DNA of 64,000 nucleotides from contig JAWMAR010000007.1 in NCBI GenBank assembly GCA_036785375.1, forward strand, positions 17,174,001 to 17,238,000. The letters are read 5' to 3'. Of the stretch, positions 37,726 through 49,930 are shown piece by piece. Source of the DNA: Leucoraja ocellata. Lineage: Eukaryota. The notes below the pieces were generated by a model. It saw only the letters and a program-made list of their open reading frames with translations. It ran no database searches and was not told the DNA's origin. A program made the position numbers and the translations under genes. Numbering within the stretch: the first letter of the stretch is position 1; each line of letters starts with the position of its first letter.

Positions 37726-38921
37726 GATCCTACTATAATTTTTGATAACCATCTTTGCTATAAACGATACCACCCACTTTAGTGTCATCTGCAAACTTTC
37801 TAATCATGCCTTCTTTATTTTCATACAAATCATTGATATAAACCACACACAGCATTGGGCCCAGAACCAACCCCCTGAGGCACACCACTCGTCACAGACC
37901 TCCAGTCAAATAAACAACTTTCCACCATCACTCTCTGCTTCCTTCCTTGAAGTCAATTCTCTATCCAGTCGGCTAGCTCTCTCTGGATTCCATGCAATCT
38001 AACCTTCCAGAGCAGCATACCATGCGAAACATCAAATGCCTTGTTGAAGTTCAAATAGAAAATGTCTACAGTTTTGCACCCATCAACCTTTTTGGTTACT
38101 TCAAAAAACTCAATCAGATTTGTAAGACATGTTCTCCCACATAAAAAACAATGCTGACTGTCCCTAATCAGCCCATGTCTCTCCAAATATCCTAACCCTC
38201 AGAATCCTCCCTAGAAGTTTAGTTTAGTTTATTTTCGTCATGTTTTCCAAGGTACAGTGAAAAACTTTTGTGGAGTGCTGTGCTATCCAGTCAAAGAAAA
38301 GACTATACATGATTACAATCAAGCCGTCCACAGTGTACATATAAAGGATAAAGAACACCAACAATGCAAAATAAAGTTCAACTAAAGATAGCTCAAAGGT
38401 CTCCAATGAATAGATCAGATGTCAGGAATACACTCTGGTTGGTGAGCGAACAGTTCAGTTGCTTGATAACAGATGGGGGAAAACTTTCCCTGAATCTGGA
38501 CCTGAAACTGTAACTCCCAGACTTTGTCTTGCAGCCCTTCTTAAATAGGGGCACAACATTAGCCACCCTCCAGTCTTGCGGCACCTCACCTGTGTGTAAT
38601 GATAATTCATATATCTCAGCCAGGCCTGCAATTTCTTCTCTAACTTCCCATGCTGTCTTTGGATATATCTGATCATTTGACTTTATCAGAACTTGATTCT
38701 TAGCCTTATATGTCTTGGCTATTCTAGATATTGTGACAGCAACTGCTTCCATTAAGTGTGACCCAGAAACCAACCATCCTCTAGTTCAGTGTTCCCAGAC
38801 TTTTTCGGGACACCATCCCCTTGGTTCCATAAACCCATCCCCCTTGCCCGCCTACCCTAGCCTATAAAAAACATTATTCACAATAGCGATTTGCACAACC
38901 CCGAAGGTCAACCTTAGTGGT

Positions 38922-39052
38922 CTTCTTGCGTATGACGTGCACAGCCTATAGTTGTAGGTCAAGCTGTTCTATTTGATCTTGTTTGTGCACGTCGGGTTGA
39001 TTGCATTAGTCGAAACAGGGCGGACCACGTGAAGGTTGCAATCTCCCACCCC
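38922..39052 (-). mobile_element. Ribozyme-headed short retroposon, full-length copy
   Basis: HDV-like head, GACGTGCACA/TGTGCACGTC stem, CAAGAAG tail; TSD aaccttagtggt (38910-38921) / aacattagtggt (39053-39064). Confidence 0.85.
38999..39052 (-). ncRNA. Minimal HDV-like self-cleaving ribozyme (54 nt)
   Basis: GGGGUGG-GA-GAUUGCA-ACC-UUCACGU-GGU-CCGCCCU-G-UUUCGA-CUAA-UGCAAUC: 7-bp P1 with G1.U wobble, perfect 7-bp P2, 3-bp P3, 7-nt L3, single C-G P1.1, and J4/2 C-N-A-A. Confidence 0.85.
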
Positions 39053-39818
39053 AACATTAGTGGTACATATGTAGTACTATTTACTAACATTTCTAATGAA
39101 CTAAAATACTGCTTTCGTGACAATTATAAGCGTGAGTATGCTAACTACACCATTTAGCCTATTGCCTCAATAATTATGCATGAATCATATGCAAGTAATA
39201 ACATTGAAAAGTTCCAAGAAATACTATTCAGCAAAACAGTGTGCGCTTTTAGAGATGGTCAGTGGAGTGCACAGCAGAAGATGCTGCTTGACCCACTGAG
39301 TTGCTCCAGTATTTTGTTTCTCTCTACAACAGAACAATCCCTCCGCAAGCATGTCAAGTGTATACTGGCACCTCTCTTGCCCAATGCCACACCCACCTCC
39401 GGTATCTCACTACCATCCCTTGCCCGATATGTAGCCAAACTGAATCCTATCTGCCTGCACTTAATCCATTGCCCCGAAAAATGACCAGAGCAAAACAATC
39501 CCAAGAAGCTAAAAGAGTGCCAGTCACTGACCTTAGGGAAAAGAGGGCTGATATTGCTTATTCTGGTTGAGGCAGATAGGATATAAACATTTAAGAGACT
39601 TTTGGATAAACATATGAATATGCATGTAATGGAGGGTTATGGATTATGTGCAGGCAGCTAAGATTTAGTCTTAGCACCATGTTTGGGGCAGACATCATGG
39701 GCAGAAAAGCCCGTTCCTCTGCTGTACTGTTCTATTTATGCCATTCTTTACCACCTTATACACTCACGTTGTCACTTTCAGCGAGCTATATATATGCACC
39801 CCAACATACTTCTGTATT

Positions 39819-40105
39819 AGGGTGGCACGGTGGTGCAGCTGTAGATTTGCTGCCTCACAGTGCCAGAGACCCGGGTTCAATCCTGACTACGGTTGCTGGT
39901 CTGTAGGGAGTTTGTATGTTATCCCCGTGACCTGCGTGGGTTTTTTCCGAGATCTCCGGTTTTCTCCCACATTCCAAAGATGTAAAGGTTTGCAGGCTAA
40001 TTGGCTTGGTATAATTGTAAATTGGCCCTAGCGTGTGCAGGATAGTGTTAGAGTGCAGGGGATCGCTGGTTGCCGTGGGGGCCGCGCTGTATATCTAAAC
40101 TAAAC
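39819..40105 (+). mobile_element. tRNA-derived SINE (HE1/V-SINE-like)
   Basis: gggtggcacggtggtgcag...gggttcaatcc; ctaaactaaac tail. Confidence 0.85.
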
Positions 40106-41059
40106 ATCAATATTTCTCTGCATATCGCCATTTGTCCTCTCATCTTCCCTTCTTCCTCCCACATGCATTAGCTCTGTCTGCTATTTCTCTGGCCACATTT
40201 CCAAATTATTTATACCATGCAGTATTGTTTAACAACATTCTGCTATTCACAACACCCCCAATGTTCATGTCATCTGCAAACTGATTAATCTGAGCTCCCA
40301 AACTCTCATCTTGCATATTGACAAATATTACAGACAACAGAGTCCCAGCTTTGATCCTTGCAGAAAAATACTTGTCATAGGTTTTTATTGTGAAAAACAC
40401 TGCTCCGTCACTACCCTCTGTCTTCTCTGACTCAGGCAAGTTTGAATTCAATTTACTAACTCACCATGGATCCCATCTGACTAAATCTTCTGGACCATTC
40501 AATATGATCAAGAAAATTGGCGGTGTTGCTGATTGTGAGCAGGATAGCCTCGGGTTACAGGAAGATATTGATCAGTTGGTAAAATGGGCAGAGTGATGCC
40601 AGATGGAATTTCATTCTAATAACTGTCAGGTAATCAAGTTTGGGAAGGCTAACAAGGTTAGTACATACACAATGAATAGCAGGACCTGAGGAATACTGAG
40701 GAATAGTACTTGGCTTACAAGTCTAAGAATCCCTGAAGGTAGTGAGGAAAGTAGGCGGCACATAGAATATAAGAGCGGAATGATGCAGTACAGCTTTAAG
40801 AAAACTTAGTTAGGTCACAAATGGGAAACTGTCTGAATTTCTAGTCACCACACTACAAGAAGGATGGAATTGCACTGGAGAGGGTGCAGAGGAGATTCAC
40901 TTGGATGTTGCCTGGAATGGAGGATGGGTTTGTTTTTATTTAACTGGAGAAGGCTGATGGTGACCTAACTGAGGTATAGAAAATTAGAAAGTAAGAAACT
41001 GCCCATATAACTACAGCATTTTCCTCCATAACTCTATCTTTCCCCCATTTCCCCCATAA

Positions 41060-41445
41060 CCTTTTTGTTGCGTGCTATCCAGTCAAAGAAAAGACGATAC
41101 ATGAATACTATCAAGCCGTCCACAGTGTACATATAAAAGATAAAGGGTACACATTTAGTGCAAGATAAAGTCCGATTAAATATCGTTCAAACGTCTCCAA
41201 TGTGATATTTGGGAGGTCAGGACCACATTCAAGCTGGTGTGAAAACGATTCAGTTGTCTGATAACGGGTGGGAAGAAATTGTCCGTGAACCTGGAGGTAT
41301 GTCTCTTCAACCTTCTGTACGTCTTGCCTAATGCGAGAGGGGAGAAGAGGGAATTACTGGGGTGAGACTGGTCCTTGATTATGCTGGTGGCCTTGTCGAG
41401 GTAGCATGAAGTGTAGATACAGTCAGTGGAAGGAAAGTTTGTTTT
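41060..41445 (-). mobile_element. Rex1-type LINE 3' fragment
   Basis: KATSIIKDQSHP..FSPL..FFPPVIRQLN; a related piece lies at 38218-38510. Confidence 0.7.
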
Positions 41446-41521
41446 TTGACGTGCCAAATGTCCTAAGCCTCTAAGGACTTAGAGGTGTTGGCGTGGTCAA
41501 ACTTGTAATTTGAGGAGTCAA

Positions 41522-41727
41522 AGAACTGCAGACTGGCTTATACCAAAGATAGACATAAAGTGCTGGAGTAACTCAGCGGGTCAGTCTGCATGTCTGGTGA
41601 CCTTCCGGGTCAGGACCCTTCTTGAGACCCTTCAGTCTAAAGAAGGGTCCCGACTCGAAGCGTCACCCATCCTTTTTCTCCAGAGATGCTGCCAGACCAA
41701 CTGAGGTACGCCAGCACTTTGTGTCTA
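41522..41727. mobile_element. Palindromic Penelope-derived mini-element with two degenerate hammerheads
   Basis: Inverted arms tagacataaagtgctgg / ccagcactttgtgtcta with opposed hammerhead-like cores. Confidence 0.7.
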
Positions 41728-42617
41728 ACTTTTAAATTTTAGTTTGATTAGTATTTCTCTACAACCCAACCAGACCAAGCTCTGGTACTCCAGTTCCCAA
41801 TTCTCCGGAGTCTGCCTTCAGACAAGACTACCTTGGTCTTGAAGTGTGACTGCACTTTGCATTAAAGCACCAGTGATTGAACTAATCATTAGCCTAATGC
41901 ATGCCCTTGGGGGGATTAGAATTTGTAGCTACAATCACCAATAAATAAATGTTGGCAATTTTTAGCAGTTTTAACAGTTTATTAATTTAAACTGCTTAAG
42001 CCCCACATTTATAGAAATTAAAACCAAAATGATTTTGAGACATTTGTACCTTTTTGACCAGATTTGCAGCCATCAGTATTTTAAGGAAGTGTAAGATACT
42101 GACAGAATCGCTTAATCTTTTGATCATCTTTCTTTAAGTGCTCCCCTTCATTCAAAAGTGGATTAAGTAGAGGTACCGCAAAGGACACATTCTCATTAAC
42201 TTCTTGTTAAAGGTCAATTGTAAAAGGTCAAGTGCGATTCCCCCAAAGACTTGTACAAACTGTAACATAATATCCCAATTTCTATACTAGATTCATTGGC
42301 AGATAAATGCCAGCATGCCAAAGCCTTCTTCACCACCCTATCTACTGGCGATGCCAATTTTGGGGAGCTATGTACTTCTAGTCTTGGATCCCTATGTTCT
42401 ACAACACTCTCCTAGGTCGTACCATTCTTGATGAAGGTCCTATCCTGCCTGGTTTGACCTACCAAAATGCAACACCTCACACATCTGAATTAAACTCAAT
42501 TAGCCATTTCTCAGCCTATTTGCTTAGTTGATCAAGATCCTGGTGTCAATCTTGATAATCTTCTTCATTGTCTATGATGAGACCTATTTTAGAATAATCT
42601 GTAAATTTACTAATCAT

Positions 42618-42932
42618 GGGTGGCACAGTAGCGCAGCTGATAGAGCTGCCAACTCACAGCGCCAGATTCCCAAGTTTGATCCTGACCTTGAGTTCTGTCT
42701 TTATGGAGTTTGCATGTACTCCTTGTGACCATGTAGATTTCCTCTGGGTGCTCCTGTTTCCTGCCACATCCCAAAGACATGCGGGCTTGTAGGTTAATTA
42801 GGCTCTGTAAATTGCTAGTGTGTAGGGAGTGGGTGCAAAAGTGGAATAACATAGAACTAGTGTGAACAGGTGATAAATGGTCAGCGTGGACTTGGTAGGT
42901 CAAAGGGCCTGTTTCCATGCTGTATCAATCAA
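42618..42932 (+). mobile_element. tRNA-derived SINE (HE1/V-SINE-like)
   Basis: Same head; tail aagggcctgtttccatgctgta. Confidence 0.8.
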
Positions 42933-43094
42933 TGCCTTGTATATTCTCAGCCAACTCGTTGATATTGATGACAAATAGCAATGGGCCCAGCACCGATTCC
43001 TGAGATACACCACTAGTCACAGGCCCCCAGTCCAAAAACCAACCTTCCATCAACATCCACTGCTTTCTATCATGTGGACAATTTTGTATCCAGT

Positions 43095-43252
43095 TAGACA
43101 CAAAATGCTGGAGTAACTCAACGGGACTGAAGAAGGGTCTCGACCCGAAACGTCACCCATTCCTTCTCTCCAGAAATATTGCCTACCCATTGAGTTACAC
43201 CAGCATTTTGTGTCTACCTTCGATTTAAACCAGCATCTGCAGTTCTTTCCTC
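43095..43252 (+). mobile_element. Palindromic Penelope-derived mini-element with intact hammerhead core
   Basis: CTGAAGAagggtctcgacccGAAAcgtc at 43127-43154, enclosed by tagacacaaaatgctgg / ccagcattttgtgtcta. Confidence 0.8.
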
Positions 43253-44555
43253 CACACTCTGTGTCCAGTTAGCTGGCTCTCTCTGGATCCCATACAATCC
43301 AACCTTCCCAAGCAGCCTACCATGCGGAATATTTTCAAAGGTCTTGCTGAATTTTATATACACTTCATCTACAGCTCTTCCCTCATCAACCCTCTTGATT
43401 ACTTGTTCATAAAACAATCAAAATCACACAATCTCCCATTCACAAAACCATGCTGATTATCCCTAATCAACTGTTAAAGGTCAATTGTAAATTGTATTTT
43501 ACAATTTACAATTTACAATTTGCTGCCTTTCAAAATACATATATATATTATCCTTCAGAGTCCTCTCCAGTTACTCTCCTACACAAATGTTTGGCTTTCT
43601 GATCTATAGCTCCCACGTTTTTCTTTGCAGCCCTTCTTAAATAGAACCACAACATTAGTCACCCTAATCTGCCAGCATCTCAATTCTAGCAGTGATTCAT
43701 ATATATTCTAGCCAGCACTCCTGCAATTTCTTCTCTAGCTTTCCACAGTGTCCTTGGATATATCTGAACAGGCTCGAGAGATGTATGTACCTTCGTATGT
43801 TCTATGATATCCAGCACCTCCTCGACTGTAATACAGATATTATCACCATTAACTTTACCAACATCTTTACCCCTCATGTCGTTCTCCGCAATGGAAAAGA
43901 AGGAGAAATATTTATTTTGTCCATCTCCTGTGGCTCCATACATAGATGACCACTTTTTTTTTGAGGGGTCCAATGGATAGAATTTAATCTTGAAAAATGT
44001 GAAATGGTGCCTTTTGACTGGACTAATACAACTAGGATATGAATAATGAATGGTAAGACATTCAGATGTCCAAAGGAACAGAGAGACATGTACAAGTCTT
44101 GATAGCAACAGTATCAGTAGACAAGGTGGTTGAGAAGCCTTGCCTTGATATTTGCCCTATTTAGTGGAGGCATAAAAAATAAAAACAGGGAGTTATGGTC
44201 ATCTATGTAAAATATTATTAAGGTTAGTAGTAGTAATGACAGGAATTATGTGATTGTACTGGAATGGGTACAAAGAAATTCACCAGGATGCGTGGGATGC
44301 ATCTGTGAGCGCAAATTGGATAGATGGGGTTTAATTTCCTTGAAGGGGAGGAGGCTGAGGGAGGACCTGATAGAGGTATACAAAATTTTGAAGGGCATAA
44401 ATGGGGTAGATAGTGAGAAATCTTTCCATGTGGCAGAGGTGTCTGTAACAAGGGGCATGTTCTAGTGACTTATGGTGTGCCTTGGTGACCAGTGCTGGAT
44501 CCATTTGTGGTTATACCAGCAACTTGAATGAGAATGTACAAGGCATGAATAGTTA

Positions 44556-45094
44556 AGGGCCTGTCCCACTTGGGCGTCATTTGCATGTCATTTATGTGAC
44601 AGGCCGGCAGTGACTGACGCGCGACAGTTGCGTGAAAATCGTCTAGCAGTACGACAGTCGCATGCCAAATAGCGCCAGTCTCCGTGGCAAGGATTTTCTC
44701 AGTAAACATTTTTCAAAACACGGCGCGCTTTATGCCCGGGTGATCGCGTGATGTGGCGCTCAAATGACGCGCTGACGGCGTACGTGCGCCGACGCATGGT
44801 TACGGATGTTGACGCATAATAAATTAGCATAGGCAATGTTCATGCGTCACCGTGCAGAACCATGCATCACCAGGCTCTACACGTACGCCATCAGTACGTT
44901 CGCGTGCGCAAGGGATACGTCACGCAGGTGGCGCCTGAGGATTTTGAACATTCCAAAATCCTGGGGCGATAGGGAAGCACCGGGCGTTACCCCACGTCAC
45001 TGCATACGCCACCACGCCTCACCATGCGAGCGTCACGACGCGCCAACCAATTTTTAGGATGTCGCGTAAATGACGCACAATTGGGACAGGCCCT
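44556..45094. mobile_element. PIF/Harbinger-type MITE, same TIR family, CpG-rich
   Basis: TIR agggcctgtccca / tgggacaggccct; TTA/TAA flanks; inserted in CR1 just before the FADD-like motif. Confidence 0.8.
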
Positions 45095-45326
45095 TAAGTT
45101 TACAGATGACACTAAAGTAGGTGATACCGAAGATGGTGAAAATGATTTATGAAAAATTACAGCAGGATTTTAATCAGCAAAGCAAGTGAGCTGAGGAATG
45201 GCTAATGGAATTTAATGCAGATAAATGTGAGGTGTTGTATTTTGGGAAGTCAAACCAGGGTAAGATCTTCACAGTGAATGGTAGGGCTCTGGGGAATGTA
45301 GTAGAGGGGGAAGTTCGAGAAGCACA

Positions 45327-45555
45327 NNNNNNNNNNNNNNNNNNNNNNNNNNNNNNNNNNNNNNNNNNNNNNNNNNNNNNNNNNNNNNNNNNNNNNNNNN
45401 NNNNNNNNNNNNNNNNNNNNNNNNNNNNNNNNNNNNNNNNNNNNNNNNNNNNNNNNNNNNNNNNNNNNNNNNNNNNNNNNNNNNNNNNNNNNNNNNNNNN
45501 NNNNNNNNNNNNNNNNNNNNNNNNNNNNNNNNNNNNNNNNNNNNNNNNNNNNNNN
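45327..45555. other. Assembly gap
   Basis: Run of N. Confidence 1.
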
Positions 45556-45589
45556 TGGCCTTCATCAGTCAAGGTATTGAGTATAGAGA

Positions 45590-45915
45590 AAAACACACAG
45601 AGCCACAAAACTCAGCGGGACAGGCAGCATCCCTGAAGATGACGTTTTGGGTTCAGACCCTTCTTAAGACTGATTGTGGCAGGGGGATGGAAGGAAATTA
45701 GGAGAGGAGAGGCAAGATAAGCCTGTCAAGTAATAGCTGATCACAGGTGAAGGGGTTTTTTGACAAAGGCCAGTGATGAAAAGACAGAAGGTATGAGACA
45801 AAAAGATTGAAGAGTTGAGAATTGTGAAGCTAGAGGACGCAATGTAGGTGGATGGGGAGGGTAGAAATAGGTCCAACTGGGACCGAGGGAAGGGGAGGAA
45901 AGAAAGTGGGGAGTG
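45590..45915 (-). repeat. Degenerate Penelope 3' fragment
   Basis: Shared tail and decayed hammerhead motif (gacgttttgggttcagacccttctt). Confidence 0.6.
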
Positions 45916-46292
45916 TATAGAGGTTGTGACGTTATGTTGCAGATGTACAATATGTCGGTGAGGCCGCATTTGGAGTATTGTGTTCAGGGTCTTTAAGCTG
46001 GAAAGAGTGCAGAGATTTAGAAGGATGCTGACAGGCTAGGACTCCTTGGAGTGCAAGAGGCCGAGGGCTGATCTTATAAAGGTGCACAAATTCATGAAGG
46101 GAATACATAAGGTTAATGCCCAGGGCAGGGGAACCAAGAACCAGAGGACATAGGTTTACAGTGAGATGGGACAAGATTTAATAGGAAGATGAGGGGCAAT
46201 CTTTTCACTCCGAGAGTGGTGGGTATATAGAACAAGCTGGTAGTTGAGGTAGGTACTATAACAGCATTAAAAAGACACTTGGGCAGATACAT

Positions 46293-47207
46293 TGTATTGT
46301 ATTGTATTCAATTTATTGTCATTGTCTCAATTTGAGACAACGAAATGAATTTTCCTTACAGGCAGTATCGTTAAAAAAAAAATCACAAGAAAAATAATAA
46401 AAATAAATAATAAATAATAAATAAATAATAAAACATATTAAAAATAAAATTGAAATTGAATTAAAAAATTTTAAAAAAGCACAAACACATAAAGTCCACA
46501 ACATAACATAAATGGCACCCAGGTGAGGAAGGCACCATAGTCCAGCCAGCCTCCCCTCCGTGTTCATCCGTGGTCGGGGCCTTCCGAGCACCCGCAGTCG
46601 CCGCCCCGGGTGGCCCGATGTTCAGGCCCTCACGCCGGGCTGGTGGAACGCCGACGCCGAACCCCGACGGTGAGCATCCTCCTCCTCAGCGGCCCGGACC
46701 TCCTGATCAGCCGCCTCCCGCTGCCGGAGTCTGCAGCTCCTGAGTCCGCAGGCCGAGCCGGGCAGAGTCGCAGGACCCCGCGTTGTAGTCAGCGCCGCCC
46801 GCGTTGGGAGCTCTGCAAACCGCAGCTCCATGATGTCGGCAGCAGGTCCAGCACTCCGGGCTCCAGACGGCGACCCCCGGTAAGGCATCGCCAGCCCCGC
46901 GATGTTCCAGCGCTGTCCCGCCGCTGCTGGAGCTCCGGTCGATCCCGGCAGGAAAGGCCGCGGCAATCCAGGTAGGTAGGCCGCTGTGGGGGGAGGGGGG
47001 GGGGGGAGGACGCGACTCGGATAATAGTCGCGTCCTCACCAGGAAGCGGCTGAAGTACGGTATCCCCCGCACCGTGCCCTCTTCCCCCACATAAAAAACA
47101 CAAACAAACACAAAAAAATACACTTTAACATAACTAAATAAACAAAAAAACAAAAAGATACCGGGCTGTAGGTGGAGGCTGCTGGCACCAGCGCCACCGG
47201 AAGCACA
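46293..47207 (-). mobile_element. Non-coding retroposon with GC-rich body and Rex1-type 3' end
   Basis: TSD atacat; 3' hairpin ttgtctcaaattgagacaa, then tgacaataaa and a (caata)n tail; no convincing ORF. Confidence 0.7.
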
Positions 47208-48694
47208 ATACATGGATAGGAAAGATTGAGATGGATATGGACCAAACTGGGTAAATGGGTCAAGTTTAGATTGGGAACTTGGTCGGTATGGACCAATTGG
47301 GCTGAAGGACCTATTTCCGTGCTGTATGGCTCTATAATTCTAATTGGTCTTTAGCAAGCAGTAACCGGGTAATTGCCAGAAATTAGTCCTTGATCATTTG
47401 TAGACAGTTATATTCGGCACCCTGGTAACTGTACATCAGTGATTAGTACATTACATTGGTCCAAGGCATTAGTAACCAATCATACTCAAGCACAAACAAC
47501 AAGCTGTTATTTGTGTGTAGGATTAGCTCTATAACCAGGCACAATTGGCATCAATCAGCCAATCTACAGTTAGTTCTCAACTATCAATCGCGATTTACTC
47601 TCAACATGCAACTAACGGAATCAAAAAGACAGACAGTTTAGGACTATTTCTCTTTCTACAGATACTGCCCAACTTGCTGAACTTTTTCAGAATTTGCTAT
47701 TTTAGTTGTAATATATTGTGGTCAAAGCACTAGCAATACCCAGTGACCTAATCCTTGAGCATCAGAAATAAGTTTAGTTCATGTCCATAAGTGATAGGAG
47801 CCACTCGGCCCATCAAGTCTACTTCACCATTCAATCATGATCTATCTTCCCCTCTCAACCCCCTTCTCCTGCCTTCTCTCCATAACCCCTGATACCATAC
47901 TAATCAAGGATGTATCAATTTCTGTCTTAAAAATATCCATTGACTTGGCCTGTACAGCCTTCTGTCGCAACAAATTCCACAGATTCACCACCCTCTGACT
48001 ATGAGATGCAGTTAGCATCTAACTACCATTTCCTTGATCACCAGTCAAATATCTGGCTAACCTTTGATCTAATATCATTAGTCAGTCATTCCTAGAGCCC
48101 AGAGTCTGGCCACCATTGGCCAGCCACTCTTAGAACCCAACAACCTTACCCTTTGCCTTCGGCATTCAATCTTCTGAGTCATCCTCAGTCATCCTTTGTG
48201 AAACTTCAGTCTTACTTCCATGTTATAATAAATGCTGACATTGTGTCTTGTGCATGTCTGCAAGGTGCCAGTGTGGGTCTGCCATTGATCCGATTAGTCA
48301 GACTTTGCAGTCATCATCTCATTAACTTTACTGTGCCTTCGGGGAGGAAACCCTTCAAACAGGCAATTGAGCAAAATGTGGGTTGAATTTACAGTCAAAA
48401 TACAAAGATATGCTTGTTAGCTAAATGTTTGAAGTAGGCATATGACATTTACTGCCATATAGCCCGATTTATACCATTGAGCTCAGAATCTTCAAGATGT
48501 ACAAAGAACTTGAAAACCGTGAACACTGTCCCAGACACTGTTCCATTCCGACATAAGTGTTTACATGAGCACTGGTTATGACTGAGGTGTACGATGCAGT
48601 CTATAAAGGGCTGTAAGGAAAAATGACTATCAGACCTTTGCTATTATAGGTTTTAATTTCTTGTTTTCATTTCATGCCCTCAACTTGGGTACAC

Positions 48695-49522
48695 AGAACA
48701 TCATTGCAAAGGTTGTCTATATAGTGCCAGCGCAATAACCTGGCCCTCAACACCAGCAAAACCAAGGAACTGATAGTGGACTTTGGAAGGAGTAGGAGGG
48801 GGACCCACAGCCCCATCTATATCAACGATGGTTGAAAGGGTCAAGAGCTTCAAATTCCTGGGCGTGCACATCTCTGAAGATCTCTCCTGGTCCGAGAACA
48901 CTAATGCAATTATCAAGAAAGCTCATCAGCGCCTCTACTTCCTGAGAAGATTACGGAGAGTCGGTTTGTCAAGGAAGACTCTCTCTAACTTCTACAGGTG
49001 CACAGTAGAGAGCATACTGACCGGTTGCATCGTGGCTTGGTTCTGCAATTTGAGCGCCCTGGAGAGCAAAAGACTACAAAAAGTAGTAAACACTGCCCAG
49101 TCCATCATCGGCTCTGACCTTCCTTCCATCGAGGGGATTTATCGCAGTCGCTGCCTCAAAAAGGCTGGCAACATCATCAAAGACCCACACCATCCTGGCC
49201 ACACACTCATCTCCCTGCTACCTTCAGGTAGAAGGTACAGGAGCCTGAAGACTGCAACAACTAGGTTCAGGAATAGCTACTTCCCCACAGCCATCAGGCT
49301 ATTAAACCTGGCTCGGACAAATCTCTGATTATTAATAGCCCATTTTCTGTTATTTGCACTTTATCCGTTTATTTATTCATGTGTGTATATATTTATATTA
49401 TGGTATATGGACACACTTATCTGTTTTGTAGTAAATGCCTACTATGTTCTGTGTGCTGAAGCAAAGCAAGAATTTCATTGTCCGATACAGGGACACATGA
49501 CAATAAACTCACTTGAACTTGA
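48695..49522 (+). mobile_element. Rex1/Babar-type LINE 3' fragment
   Basis: FKFLGVHISEDLSW..KKAHQRLYFLRRL..LLPSGRRYRS..SYFPTAIRLLN; tail tgacaataaa...cttgaacttga. Confidence 0.85.
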
Positions 49523-49645
49523 TGATGCAGAACTGAGAACTGCAGTAAGCAATAAGAACAATAGTTAGTACTGACCTCCAAGGACATAGACTGGTGAATT
49601 TGGCACCAACATGTGAGTTGTATTTTAACATAGATACCTGAATGA

Positions 49646-49930
49646 GTAGGGAGGAACTGTAGATGCTGGTTTACACCAAAGACAGTCACAAAAATCTGGA
49701 GTAACTCAGCGGTTCAGGCAGCTGGAGCTCTGGAGAAAAGGAATAGATGATGTTTCAGGTCGAGACCCTTCTTCGGACTCAGGGGAAAAGGGAATGAGAG
49801 ATATAGGCGGTACTTAGGACAAATGTATGGAAGATCTGCAAAAAGCAATGATAATCAAGGAAACGTGGGTCACACAATAGGCCATAGTTGGTTGTGGGAT
49901 AGGTGATAATGTGTTATACAGACAGAGCAA
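49646..49930 (-). repeat. Degenerate Penelope 3' fragment
   Basis: aggaactgtagatgctgg...ctggagtaactcagc...gtttcaggtcgagacccttcttc. Confidence 0.65.

Larger units (their letters stand above)
32895..38710 (-). mobile_element. CR1 copy hosting the LTR/L1, a SINE and a Rex1 piece
   Basis: Colinear CR1 remnants at 32895-33320, 37013-37415, 37725-38215 and 38510-38710. Confidence 0.75.
42235..43930 (-). mobile_element. Degenerate CR1 with nested SINE and Penelope mini-element
   Basis: VDEGRAVD..FSK.F..PHGRLL; IYPRTLWKAREEIAG. Confidence 0.75.
43970..47340 (+). mobile_element. CR1 fragments with nested MITE, gap and retroposon
   Basis: MEFNADKCEVLYFG; RRLREDLIEVYKI; CR1 3' tail at 47214-47340. 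Confidence 0.75.

Noticed and set aside
38787-38900. hAT-Charlie-like left end (cagtgttcccagacttttt)
   Set aside because: No matching right TIR or TSD found.
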